DNA from: Nemertoderma westbladi
Lineage: Eukaryota > Animalia > Xenacoelomorpha
Reading direction: 5' to 3'
Assembly: GCA_032718475.1 (NCBI GenBank)
Contig: JAUCBJ010005225.1
Location: forward strand, 1 to 59,614
Length of the DNA: 59,614 nt
Made by a program: the position numbers and the translations under genes. Below are positions 11,818 to 21,139 of this stretch, piece after piece (position 1 is the stretch's first letter; the number at the start of each line of letters is the position of its first letter). A model generated the notes under the pieces. It ran no database searches, was not told the DNA's origin, and saw only the letters and a list, made by a program, of their open reading frames with translations.

Positions 11818-11906
11818 ATGGTAGGCCTACATGTATGGCATATTTAGTGGAGGTTCTTTTGGCAGATAGGCCTAGTCAAAACGTTACATCAGATGCCGTA
11901 TTTTAG
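8727..11906 (+). CDS. LINE ORF2: apurinic-like endonuclease plus reverse transcriptase
   Basis: APE motifs LCIQEH, GRPKGGL, NSYFP, TGDLN, LDHF. RT motifs NYRAIAL, QFGFQ, LLDLTKAFD, GVKQGSVASP, YADD (10980-10991), HLGH. First ATG at 8727. The last ~29 codons derive from a flanking repeat. Confidence 0.96.
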   Translation: MASYTDFHSNKSTFCISSLNSTGLSPDKLDFIKVLLLGSDILCIQEHFVLKDNSYRIRAPFKNDFDCIIQPAIFADSEVRAGRPKGGLCFIFRKELCKFITRINCSNFRLQAIRLNLPDMRPIIIINSYFPVDHQGNMVSDELFLVLSDIKRIIDDANNTCNILITGDLNCDFIRHSPHVRSVIQFILDNNLGRLWDIFPVDFTYSSFTDNTWHHSTLDHFIGSTVFFDNITEAGVVHSGSNLSLHSPIFLKFELHSNLSHDPSISMNINQKTDMKEKVRFKRATLDQQQEFRNKLSAMINDMDSTDLGGCFSCNNLFCAEVNHKLDIEKYALDLLQVIESCAVDCLSNRNVKNGAGTFDRPMLPGWNENVKPFRDESIFWHSVWVSAGCPNVSQNAHLFHMRRVTRAQFKYAVRRLKRASDNIQRDKLLQACLRNNQQIFEEIKKLRRVSPVVSSRIDDCVDSQSIADRFASIYSTLFNQPYNSNLEGLRQQIHEKLDSCDRDALPLITSELVWEAMNKLKSSKTDVAFGFDSDCLINAGPEFREQLVRLFNLFLVHGFVPQFLLTCVILPLIKDKLGDQAVSSNYRAIALSSLLIKLFEWVMLLSQSECLSLDELQFGFQSGTGTSQCSWVASEVIGHYSRYNTPVYGSLLDLTKAFDMVEWCKLFLELIKKGFSPLFLRTLLWIYSNQSCCVRWNETLSSPFGISNGVKQGSVASPILFCILLNSLLVRLREAGVGCWIGTYFLGALAYADDIFLLCPSLCGLQFMVSLCERFAQDNDLVFSTNVTPEKSKSKCIAFSNSTRWREPAARIHLNGHDLPWVREAVHLGHVFDFRNSMVSDVLKKRGQLIGKLNALRQEFYFSDPYLLCDIQRIYATCLFGSNLWDLFSDSTSRIYTSWNINIRLIFRLPYNTHRFIVENLVPFKHPCVMLQTRYVKFVNSLLTSNKRIIRFLAELCVFDCRTRSGTNLRNIGNRCNIYNLRSLVPRFANSLSYAHVPVGNEWRVPLLQELINCRLNNASVPGFDSLELDGRPTCMAYLVEVLLADRPSQNVTSDAVF

Positions 11907-11966
11907 TCAAAACGTACCCTATCTTCATATAGTTGAGTATTGTCAATACAGGAATATCCAAGTACT
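11818..11966 (+). repeat. ~150-bp direct repeat, copy 1 (copy 2 at 13461-13614)
   Basis: ATGGTAG.CCTACATGTA...TAGTGGAGGTTCTTTTGGCAGATAGGCCTAGTCAAAACGTTACATCAGATGC...CCAAGTACT present at both sites with scattered substitutions. Confidence 0.95.
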
Positions 11967-12349
11967 GGGTACTCCTGTACTTAGTATACCCATCTGCCCA
12001 TGTACAGTAACTGGCTGATAGTTACCCTTAGTTTGTAGGCTATAGATGATTGACGTTTCTAGCAATGTTCTTAACGTTGGGATTTTACTGGAAGTTATTA
12101 ATACCATAGTTTACCCCAAAAAAACTAAAATTACCCAAATCGCACCAAATCAAAATAAATCTTATAACAGCAACACGGGCTATCTGACGATATGGATTAG
12201 ATCAATGTAGCGGATAGTGACCATTGAAGGGCTTCTTATGCATGCAAAGGAAAATATGATCAGACCCAAATCACACAGTCAGACCTGATCTTTTGCTGAT
12301 CAAATACCGGTAGGTGACTTTGCTGATATGCAGTAACATTTTACGGTAC

Positions 12350-12960
12350 AATTTGATGCGAAAATGTTTTGGCCAGTACTCTGAACCTTCCATTGGGGTC
12401 TCAGGTCATGCGCGTACCGTGGTCACTGTATCTGGCACCTGATTGGCTCAAATATTCAAACGCTGAAAACTTACCTAGGCCTTGACAATTAGTGATAAGA
12501 TTTTATGCGAATATGTTTTGGATGGAGTTCTGAATCTCGCGTTGAGGTCCCAAGTCACCCCCATACCGTGGTCATCAGATACGGCGCCTGATTGGCTAAT
12601 GCTTTGAACGACGATAACTCGAGTTTGCTTCACTTTGGGATGAAGTTTGAAAGCTAAGAATATTCTCTGGAGTATGCCCTAACTCACTGACGATGTTTTA
12701 TAGCTGTTGGATTGTCGGGTTTTGCTACGTGGTCTATGATTGGTTAATTTTTTGAAAGGCTATATCTCAAGAAGTATTCACTTTGGAATGATGAAGTTTA
12801 TTTTAAATGTTCTCTAGAGTGTTTCCGATCCTACTAAAGACATCCAATTGCTGTATGACTACCGGTTTCACGCTTTTGATTGTTTGAATATGCATGAAAA
12901 TTTTGCATATAATATATCAAGAAGAATTAATTTTTGCACAAAGGAAATAATACTTACAAT
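12350..12960. repeat. old diverged ~149-bp tandem array (~4 units)
   Basis: ATGCGAA.ATGTTTTGG at ~12357 and ~12505; TACCGTGGTCA...CCTGATTGGCT in both units; GATTGG again ~149 nt later; TCAAGAAG recurs. Confidence 0.7.
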
Positions 12961-13460
12961 GCTCTCTGACATGTCTGGTGTATTTTAAAATCACTGGGGT
13001 TGAACAATTGTAATTGGAATACACCTTCATGGGTTTTCTTTATGATTTTAGAGCTTTAAAAGTTCAATATTAAATTTTTTATTAAATAATTATTTTTGTG
13101 TTATTTGTTAATATGAGTATATTTCTGTATTTGCTGGTATTATATTTTGGGTGTTTTTTTTGTTATTAGTTTTGGTATTAATTATTTTTTATTAATCCAG
13201 GGAATATCCCTATTAACTCTGGGTCCTCACTCGTTAATTCAGGGACCACCCTCGATAGCTCTGGGTCCACCCTCGTCTCGTTAATTCAGAACCACCTTTG
13301 TCAATTCAACAAATTTGAATAATTTTTTTTATTAGGTTTTCCAAGGTGCTGAATTAATTGATTGAAGATGGTTTTAAATGGCCTGCTTTTATTGTAATTC
13401 CATTTCGTGTGATGTGTTTCGTGCCACAAATTTTTGAAGTATAAATAATAATTTAATAAT

Positions 13461-13614
13461 ATGGTAGACCTACATGTAGGGCAGATATAGTGGAGGTTCT
13501 TTTGGCAGATAGGCCTAGTCAAAACGTTACATCAGATGCAGAATTTTAGTCAAAACGTACCCTATCTTCATATATGGTAGTTGAATATTGTGAATACAGG
13601 AATACCCAAGTACT
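13461..13614 (+). repeat. ~150-bp direct repeat, copy 2
   Basis: Matches 11818-11966 with a small insertion. Confidence 0.95.
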
Positions 13615-13666
13615 TCTGTAGGCCTACTAATGTACATGCGCAAGTAATATAAATTGGGGGGGTCTA

Positions 13667-13700
13667 TGCGCCTGTCGATTCATACGAATCGACAGGCGCA
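13667..13700. other. perfect 15-bp-stem hairpin
   Basis: TGCGCCTGTCGATTC-ATAC-GAATCGACAGGCGCA. Confidence 0.9.
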
Positions 13701-15279
13701 ACAAAAGTATTTGGAATATTATGCCCATGTATACTTATATATGTAAGCCTTCAAGTATAAACAAAACTGACCTTAACAAAATCAAGGTAGGCATTTGTTA
13801 TTTTCCATCAGCAATATGGGCTTTAACTTTTAACTTTACATGGGATTAATAATACTGTAATATTCTAGAACAATACCACATGGCCAACGCCGTCGGCCAT
13901 GCGCTCGCACGGCGCAAATGCTCCATTTGCGCTCTCCACCTGGATAATATTATAAATTTTGCTGCCACTGCATGATTCTTCTCTTAGTTTGTTGGTTAGG
14001 GTTTACTACACTTACATTTGACCAATATTTTGTCTTGTTTCTGTTTCAGTCTGTGCTTTTGTTATTTTATAGTTTAGGTGGTCGATTTGTGCACATTAAT
14101 TACGGTGTACCAAACTATATTTTGTTTGTGTATGAAATTAAATTAAATTAAATTAAATCGTTAATTATTACATTATTCCGACTAAATCAGTGATAGTTAT
14201 AAACTTGTCAGTGAGATTGCTACATATAATTTGAACTTATAGATGAATGACAATGCAACTAACCCTAACCAAAATACTAAACCTAACCTACCAAACTTAG
14301 TTGGCCCTAAAAAGCCCCTTACTACTGCGTACATGTATACATGTGACTGCCTGTCAAGTAAATGTTAAAGTATTTAAAGCATACAATTCCACTGGAGGTC
14401 CGGCCTATAGTACAGTGCAAACTGCACAGTAGTTATGAGGCGGGTGGGGGGGGGGGGGGATTATTTATAGATATAATTAATAGGCCTCCAACAAATAGGC
14501 TGTACGGGCTTTAATACGCCATTCCAGCATTCAAATATTGCGATACGTAACGTAACACAAAGTTTAACAAAGTTTTTCCTTTTCCTTTCTCAAAATTGGC
14601 CCCAGCATGAAAAAAATGGCGCAAACATTGCTCTGCCACTGCCACTGCCACTGGCTATGTACGAACACCCCTAAATGGAGTAAAAAAACAAATAGAGGCC
14701 AACATATAGTGCCTAATACTGTAAGTAAAACATAAGAATGGGCACGACAAATAACAAATTTGTTTGTATCATTTTTTTGTAGCCTTACCCTAAGCCCTAG
14801 TACAGCGTGGCTCCTACTTGCTGTATTATTTATTACCTCCAGGCTGTTCAATATTATTTAGTAGGCTTATGTAAAATTACCATTTAAGTGCACTGTAGGC
14901 CTAATGTAATACAGATTAAATAGCCAGATTAGACCTGGAACTGTAGTGCACCCATAAAACCGTTATATGTAGTACCGTTGTAGCGTACCATGTAAGCGTA
15001 AGGGACTGAATGGGAGCTTTGCAGTAGGCCTACGCACCAGCTAGAGCCAGGAAGGGGCTAATGGCAGGCCTACAAATATTCAGAGTATAAAAACTAATAA
15101 AAATAGGAATTACAATTTTGAGGATATTTACTGAAATATATGTGATCTTCATGAATTTTTTTATAGTGTCTTAATATCAGAGATTTATATGAAGTTATTA
15201 TGTCTGTTATGATTATTCCAGTTGAAGTTCTTCCATCTAAATGCACGCTTACCCTACTTCCTTTGATATTTTTACTTTT

Positions 15280-15309
15280 TGTCCCGCACTTTACGTAAAG
15301 TGCGGGACA
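15280..15309. repeat. perfect 30-bp palindrome of the transposon subterminal motif
   Basis: TGTCCCGCACTTTAC|GTAAAGTGCGGGACA. Confidence 0.95.
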
Positions 15310-15981
15310 CCTGTTTACCACATAACACGAAACACCACAAACAAACTAAGTACCCCAGATTAATGATACATATATTTGTGCTTTACAAACGACATAACAT
15401 CATTCTACTATAATATGTCTATCTTGTACAAACAAAATATGGTGTTCAGCGTAAAGTGCGGGACATTATGATGTAAGCAGATTATGAGCTCTGAATTTTT
15501 AGACACAACCTTGTTTTAATTGACAGCAAATGATTTCATTGGAAAATATGATTGTTTTGCTTCGAAAAGTACTCTATTACGTTGCCTTCTGCCTAAAGCT
15601 ACTCATAAAACGCGGTTGTCATATTATGCACTCAGTTAACTGTATTTTTGCAGTTTGAGAGGTAAGGGCGAATAACACCAGATTTCAGAAAGTTAACGAA
15701 TTTTGATGCGGTTTTTTGCATTAAATTCGTAAACCGCATCATATATTGGTTATTAGAAGCAATAATTCAAGTTTTTCAAAATTGGCACTGCGGTTGACAT
15801 TTGCATGGAATGAGCCGGATCTGGAATACAACTAGATAAATCCCATCAAATCCAAAAGATTTGTTGGTCTTTAGAAGCTACGGAATTTTCTACATCAGAA
15901 GACTAGATATCACCTGTGGTAATTTCTTTGAACACTGCTGGCGACACGCGATGTTTAGTGAACCACCTTATGTATACATAA

Positions 15982-16312
15982 TATATGTACCACCTTCGAA
16001 CACCATATATGTACCACCTTCGAACACCATATTTGTAGCACCTTCGAACACCATATATGTACCACCTTCGAACACCATATATGTACCACCTTCGAACACC
16101 ATATATGTACCACCTTCGAACACCATATATGTACCACCTTTGAACACGATATATGTACCACCTTCGAACACCATATTTGTAGCACCTTCGAACACCATAT
16201 ATGTACCACCTTCGAACACCATATATGTATCAACTTCGAACACCATATATGTAGCACCTTCGAACACCATATATGTACCACCTTCGAACACCATATATGT
16301 ACCACCTTCGAA
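15982..16312. repeat. 24-bp minisatellite (~14 copies)
   Basis: Unit TATATGTACCACCTTCGAACACCA with few variants. Confidence 0.96.
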
Positions 16313-16386
16313 AAATTATTAGAGTTTATCTTAGTTTCGTCGAGTTTTTCCTTTTCTCCAGTATAAACTCTTGCCACTAATCAGCT

Positions 16387-16467
16387 GGTAGCGTGGCCGA
16401 GTGGTCTAAGGCGCTGGATTTAGGCTCCAGTCTCAATGAGGCGTGGGTTCGAATCCCACCGCTGCCA
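16387..16467 (+). tRNA. tRNA-Leu(TAG)
   Basis: Acceptor stem GGTAGCG/CGCTGCC+A, A-box TGGCCGAGTGG, anticodon arm CTGGA-TTTAGGC-TCCAG (TAG at 16421-16423), long variable arm, T-arm GTGGGTTCGAATCCCAC, TTTT at 16475-16478. Confidence 0.97.
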
Positions 16468-17010
16468 TAGTTCATTTTATCCAATCATAAAAAAAAATCT
16501 TAATTTATTCCAAAGATAGTTCCGCTAAAACTGTTTCTTTGATCACCCTAAAGATCTACTATACCTCCCTTTGCTATTGTATAGTATAACATTGAATTAT
16601 ATATGTATGCATATTAATTATACTATTATTATTATTATGAATAAACTTAGGAAATTTGGTTTGAAGATTTTTTATTTATTGTCTATTAATTGTTGCTGTA
16701 AGGGTCTAATCCCGCAGTAAAAGTATAACAAGATAATATTCATCTGTATTCACAATACTGCATAAGTATGCATACTGCAATCTTGCCTATTACAGGTACC
16801 GTGTATAGGTGTATACATACTTGATATATCACAACTGTACGGTCTATATACTGCTGCAGTCCTTATTCACGTAACTATCTAATATCAACCCAACCCTAAC
16901 ATCACCCCCTCAGAAACAAGTTTGTAATTCCATGTAATATCAACAAAGTCTTAAAGTTCTCTAAGTAAGAGTTCGTTGCAGTGGCAAAAGTCTTTGACTA
17001 AATATCCAAT

Positions 17011-17219
17011 GTTTATTTCACAACGTACTGCTTGCCACTTCGTAGTTTATTTCACAACGTACTGCTTGCCACTTCGTAGTTTATTATTATTTCACGACGT
17101 ATTTCTTGCCACTTCGTAGTTTATTTCACGACGTATTTCTTGCCACTTCGTAGTTTATTTCACGACGTATTTCTTGCCACTTCGTAGTTTATTTCACGAC
17201 GTATTGCTTGCCACTTCGT
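17011..17219. repeat. 34-bp minisatellite (~6 copies)
   Basis: Unit GTTTATTTCACRACGTAYTKCTTGCCACTTCGTA. Confidence 0.93.
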
Positions 17220-17600
17220 CAAGTTGTAACCTGTCCTTGGGCAATGTCACGTCTCTGGATCTATATCGCCTCTGGTAGCGGTGTTGGTCTCCTTTATGTG
17301 CCCTGTCTATTATATTCAACTGTATGATCCGTTTCCCTGGCCATGGCAGTTTTCGTTTGGGCACGAATGCATTGAACTGCCTTGCATCCTTAAGTGGTAG
17401 CTAAATGGGTACAGAAGTATAGTTCTGGGGGGACCGCACTGGAAATAATTCGTCAGACTTTGTTCGCAATCCATGGCCTAACGGCCGAAGAAAATTTACT
17501 TTACTTTTTAACTTTTATGGTTTATTCCACTAAAATTAATGAATTAAATTTACAACAAGTTATAATATTGCCAAGAGAGCCAAATGGGAGAATCTTTTAG

Positions 17601-17699
17601 GCTCATTAAGCCAAATAATGGCTGTTTACCACCATCGGTTATCTTCCACAGTAAACCCACCCCTCCACTCTGGAGAGAGCGATGATGATAACATGGAAG
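17601..17699 (+). CDS. candidate additional exon (phase 1 to 1)
   Basis: atcttttag acceptor and GAAG|gtaacc donor. Open frame SLSQIMAVYHHRLSSTVNPPLHSGESDDDNME. 5' boundary ambiguous (other AGs at 17559, 17651). Confidence 0.35.
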
Positions 17700-17794
17700 G
17701 TAACCAAGTTGTTATTCTCCTTAACTTATTTTTAGTTATTTGTAATAATCTCTAATGACTCAAATAATTATTATTTGAAACATCTTTGAAACAG

Positions 17795-17977
17795 GTTAAA
17801 ATATTCCCTTGAGGCAGTTGACGCTTCTAACCGAGAACTCGAACTGACAGTCGAGAAGCTGAAAGACGACCTGACGAGGATGGAAGCGGATAAGAATGAG
17901 ATTGAGTCCGTCAATCGAGTTACTGTCAGGAATATCAACGAGAAACACACAGAAGAGAAGATTGACTTGGAGAGAAA
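17795..17977 (+). CDS. internal exon of the coiled-coil protein gene (ends in phase 2)
   Basis: Acceptor tctttgaaacag, consensus donor gtgagt at 17978. Translates LKYSLEAVDASNRELELTVEKLKDDLTRMEADKNEIESVNRVTVRNINEKHTEEKIDLER(K) and joins the exon at 21034 in frame. An alternative phase-1 acceptor at 17817 is possible. Confidence 0.82.
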
Positions 17978-19545
17978 GTGAGTATTCGAGGTTGAGGTTA
18001 GGGGCTGTAGTGTAGAGAGAAAGTGAGTATTCGAGGTTGAGGTTAGGGGCTGTAGTGTAGAGAGAAAGTGAGTATTCGAGGTTGAGGTTAGGGGCTGTAG
18101 GGTAGAGAGAAAGTGAGTATTCGAGGTTGAGGTTAGGGGCTGTAGTGTAGAGAGAAAGTGAGTATTCGAGGTTGAGGTTAGGGGCTGTAGGGTAGAGAGA
18201 AAGTGAGTATTCGAGGTTGAGGTTAGGGGCTGTAGTGTAGAGAGAAAGTGAGTATTCGAGGTTGAGGTTAGGGGCTGTAGTGTAGAGAGAAAGTGAGTAT
18301 TCGAGGTTGAGGTTAGGGGCTGTAGTGTAGAGAGAAAGTGAGTATTCGAGGTTGAGGTTAGGGGCTGTAGTGTAGAGAGAAAGTGAGTATTCGAGGTTGA
18401 GGTTAGGGGCTGTAGGGTAGAGAGAAAGTGAGTATTCGAGGTTGAGGTTAGGGGTTGTAGTGTAGAGAGAAAGTGAGTATTCGAGGTTGAGGTTAGGGGC
18501 TGTAGTGTAGAGAGAAAGTGAGTATTCGAGGTTGAGGTTAAGGGCTGTAGGGTAGAGAGAAAGTGAGTATTCGAGGTTGAGGTTAGGGGCTGTAGTGTAG
18601 AGAGAAAGTGAGTATTCGAGGTTGAGGTTAGGGGCTGTAGTGTAGAGAGAAAGTGAGTATTCGAGGTTGAGGTTAGGGGCTGTAGTGTAGAGAGAAAGTG
18701 AGTATTCGAGGTTGAGGTTAGGGGCTGTAGTGTAGAGAGAAAGTGAGTATTCGAGGTTGAGGTTAGGGGCTGTAGTGTAGAGAGAAAGTGAGTATTCGAG
18801 GTTGAGGTTAGGGGCTGTAGGGTAGAGAGAAAGTGAGTATTCGAGGTTGAGGTTAGGGCCTGTAGTGTAGAGAGAAAGTGAGTATTCGAGGTTGAGGTTA
18901 GGGGCTGTAGTGTAGAGAGAAAGTGAGTATTCGAGGTTGAGGTTAGGGGCTGTAGTGTAGAGAGAAAGTGAGTATTCGAGGTTGAGGTTAGGGACTGTAG
19001 GATAGAGAGAAAGTGAGTATTCGAGGTTGAGGTTAGGGGCTGTAGTGTAGAGAGAAAGTGAGTATTCGAGGTTGAGGTTAGGGGCTGTAGGGTAGAGAGA
19101 AAGTGAGTATTCGAGGTTGAGGTTAGGGGCTGTAGTGTAGAGAGAAAGTGAGTATTCGAGGTTGAGGTTAGGGGCTGTAGTGTAGAGAGAAAGTGAGTAT
19201 TCGAGGTTGAGGTTAGGGGCTGTAGTGTAGAGAGAAAGTGAGTTTTCGAGGTTTAGGTTAGGGGCTGTAGGGTAGAGAAAAAGAGAGTATTCGAGGTTGA
19301 GGTTAGGGGCTGTAGTGTAGAGAGAAAGTGAGTATTCGAGGTTGAGGTTAGGGACTGTAGGATAGAGAGAAAGTGAGTATTCGAGGTTGAGGTTAGGGGC
19401 TGTAGTGTAGAGAAAAAGAGAGTATTCGAGGTTGAGGTTAGGGACTGTAGGATAGAGAGAAAGTGAGTATTCGAGGTTGAGGTTAGGGACTGTAGGATAG
19501 AGAGAAAGTGAGTATTCGAGGTTGAGGTTAGGGACTGTAGGGTAG
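17971..19545 (+). repeat. 45-bp tandem array (35 copies) made of exon 3' end plus splice donor
   Basis: Unit AGAGAAA|GTGAGTATTCGAGGTTGAGGTTAGGGGCTGTAGTGTAG; 1575 bp = 35 x 45. First unit overlaps the last 7 exon bases. Confidence 0.98.
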
Positions 19546-20455
19546 GATTACAGACGTTGCTAATATTCTCATACTTTTAAATCAATAGCAAATAGCAATT
19601 TGGTTTTTTATGGTAGATATTATTATTATTATCGTTATCGTGATCGTGATCGTACTGTTAGACAATCGAATACAAATAGCACAATAATATAAGAAGATTT
19701 TTATGTAATTAATAGTAAGTTTTTAACCAAAAAAACGACATGAATGAATGAAGCATTTACACTACACTACCTGTATAATGGATAAATAATCCAAAGTATG
19801 CTTGATATGTTCATTTCTGATACGGAAATTATCTGAATAAAATGGGGCACTAAATGTTCTTCAAATTTATTATAATTTGAACTTGTTAATTAAAATTAAA
19901 CATTAAGTCCCAGAATTCTGGTATGTTTTATCATTGCCCATATACCCAATTATTGCCCCTACCCAAGCTCCATTAATATCTTGAAGATTACAAACAATCA
20001 ACTGAAATGATGTGAACGCCAGAATGGAAGTATTGGATTAGTGTGGGACTGTCGTCCCACACTAATATGTGGTGTCGATTGTGTACAGCTGTCGTTCGTA
20101 TATGAATAACGGTAACCCAAACAATATATGGGTTATCATACCTTATTTGTTATATCACTATAAATAATTTAAAAATATAACTTGAAACTAATAAACTAAA
20201 ATTTTAATATTTGGTCGTGGTGTTTGTTATCTATTGTTTGTATTGTATTTTTAAATTTAGTTATGATTCTAGCATTCTATAAATCCTTTATAATATTTTG
20301 TTTTTTTAATTGATTTTTAATTGAGTTAACTCGATATTCTACCAGCATAACATACACCGTCTTCTGTCTCGTTAAATTTCCTCAAGAAAGGGGGTGCTGA
20401 TACGCGGGCCTTATAACGACTCCAAATATGTAAAAATATCTGAATTTCGATGAAA

Positions 20456-20576
20456 TAGCCTACAACTGTGTGTTGGAAACGTTCATAGCCTAGATCTGAG
20501 TGTTGGAAACGTTCATAGCCTACATCTGTGTGTTGGAAACGTTCATAGCTTACATCTGTGTGTTGGAAACGTTCAT
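20456..20576. repeat. 30-bp minisatellite (4 copies)
   Basis: Unit TAGCCTACATCTGTGTGTTGGAAACGTTCA. Confidence 0.93.
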
Positions 20577-21033
20577 TTTTAACATGTACGCGAGGTTAAT
20601 TTTCTAGAACACTATACAAATATACGTATATAATATAAAACTACGTTCCAGATTGTTTGGCAATAATTATAAATGCATCGCGCAGATTCTAGAACATGCT
20701 TGAACTTTTTCAACGTTTATGTATCTACGAAATTGAAATGTTATTATATATTTGGAATCCTTTCAACATTACCTTTCTCTCTATACCAACAAACCACTAT
20801 AACATTAAACAATATCTCCATCGCGACTTGTACAATAACGACGGAGACACCTTTTTCAAACTGAAACTTTCTTTGTTATAAATTCCATGCGATCTCATTA
20901 CTATTTGCAGAACGATTATTATAATTTTGAGGCACTGCTTTGTATTCTTACTATATTCCAGTTGATGGTGTACTGTGTGCAGAATATTGTACCTATCAAT
21001 AATCATTAGGAAAATAATTTTCGATTATTTTAG

Positions 21034-21139
21034 ATTTGCGAAGGAGAGGGTCGACATTCGCGAAGATTGCAAGAGGCAACTAGCCGTCCAAAGGGAGCAA
21101 TATCTACAAGAAAAGGACGAACAAAGCGATAATTACAAA
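21034..21139 (+). CDS. internal exon of the coiled-coil protein gene (phase 2 start)
   Basis: Acceptor gattattttag. AA+A completes Lys, then FAKERVDIREDCKRQLAVQREQYLQEKDEQSDNYK. Donor gttagt at 21140 (alternative gtgaga 4 nt later). Confidence 0.83.

Larger units (their letters stand above)
3984..15816. mobile_element. putative non-autonomous DNA transposon with nested insertions; superfamily not assigned
   Basis: Terminal inverted repeats GGCTCATTCTATGTAAA (3984-4000) and revcomp GGCTCATTCCATGCAAA (15800-15816), 15/17 identical. GGAT flanks both sides (3980-3983, 15817-15820). Subterminal motif GTAAAGTGCGGGACA recurs near both ends. No transposase ORF seen. Confidence 0.72.

Noticed and set aside
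11818-13614. LTR retrotransposon bounded by the ~150-bp direct repeats
   Set aside because: No clear TG...CA termini, primer-binding site, polypurine tract, TSD or internal gag/pol.
15982-16312. Pol III B-box array
   Set aside because: TTCGAA core is present but the GGTTCGANNCC consensus is not met on either strand.
15861-16377. Three overlapping repetitive ORFs (YVPPSNTI, VVHIWCSK, MVFEGGTY)
   Set aside because: By-products of a 24-bp stop-poor minisatellite, open on both strands with no splice or homology support.
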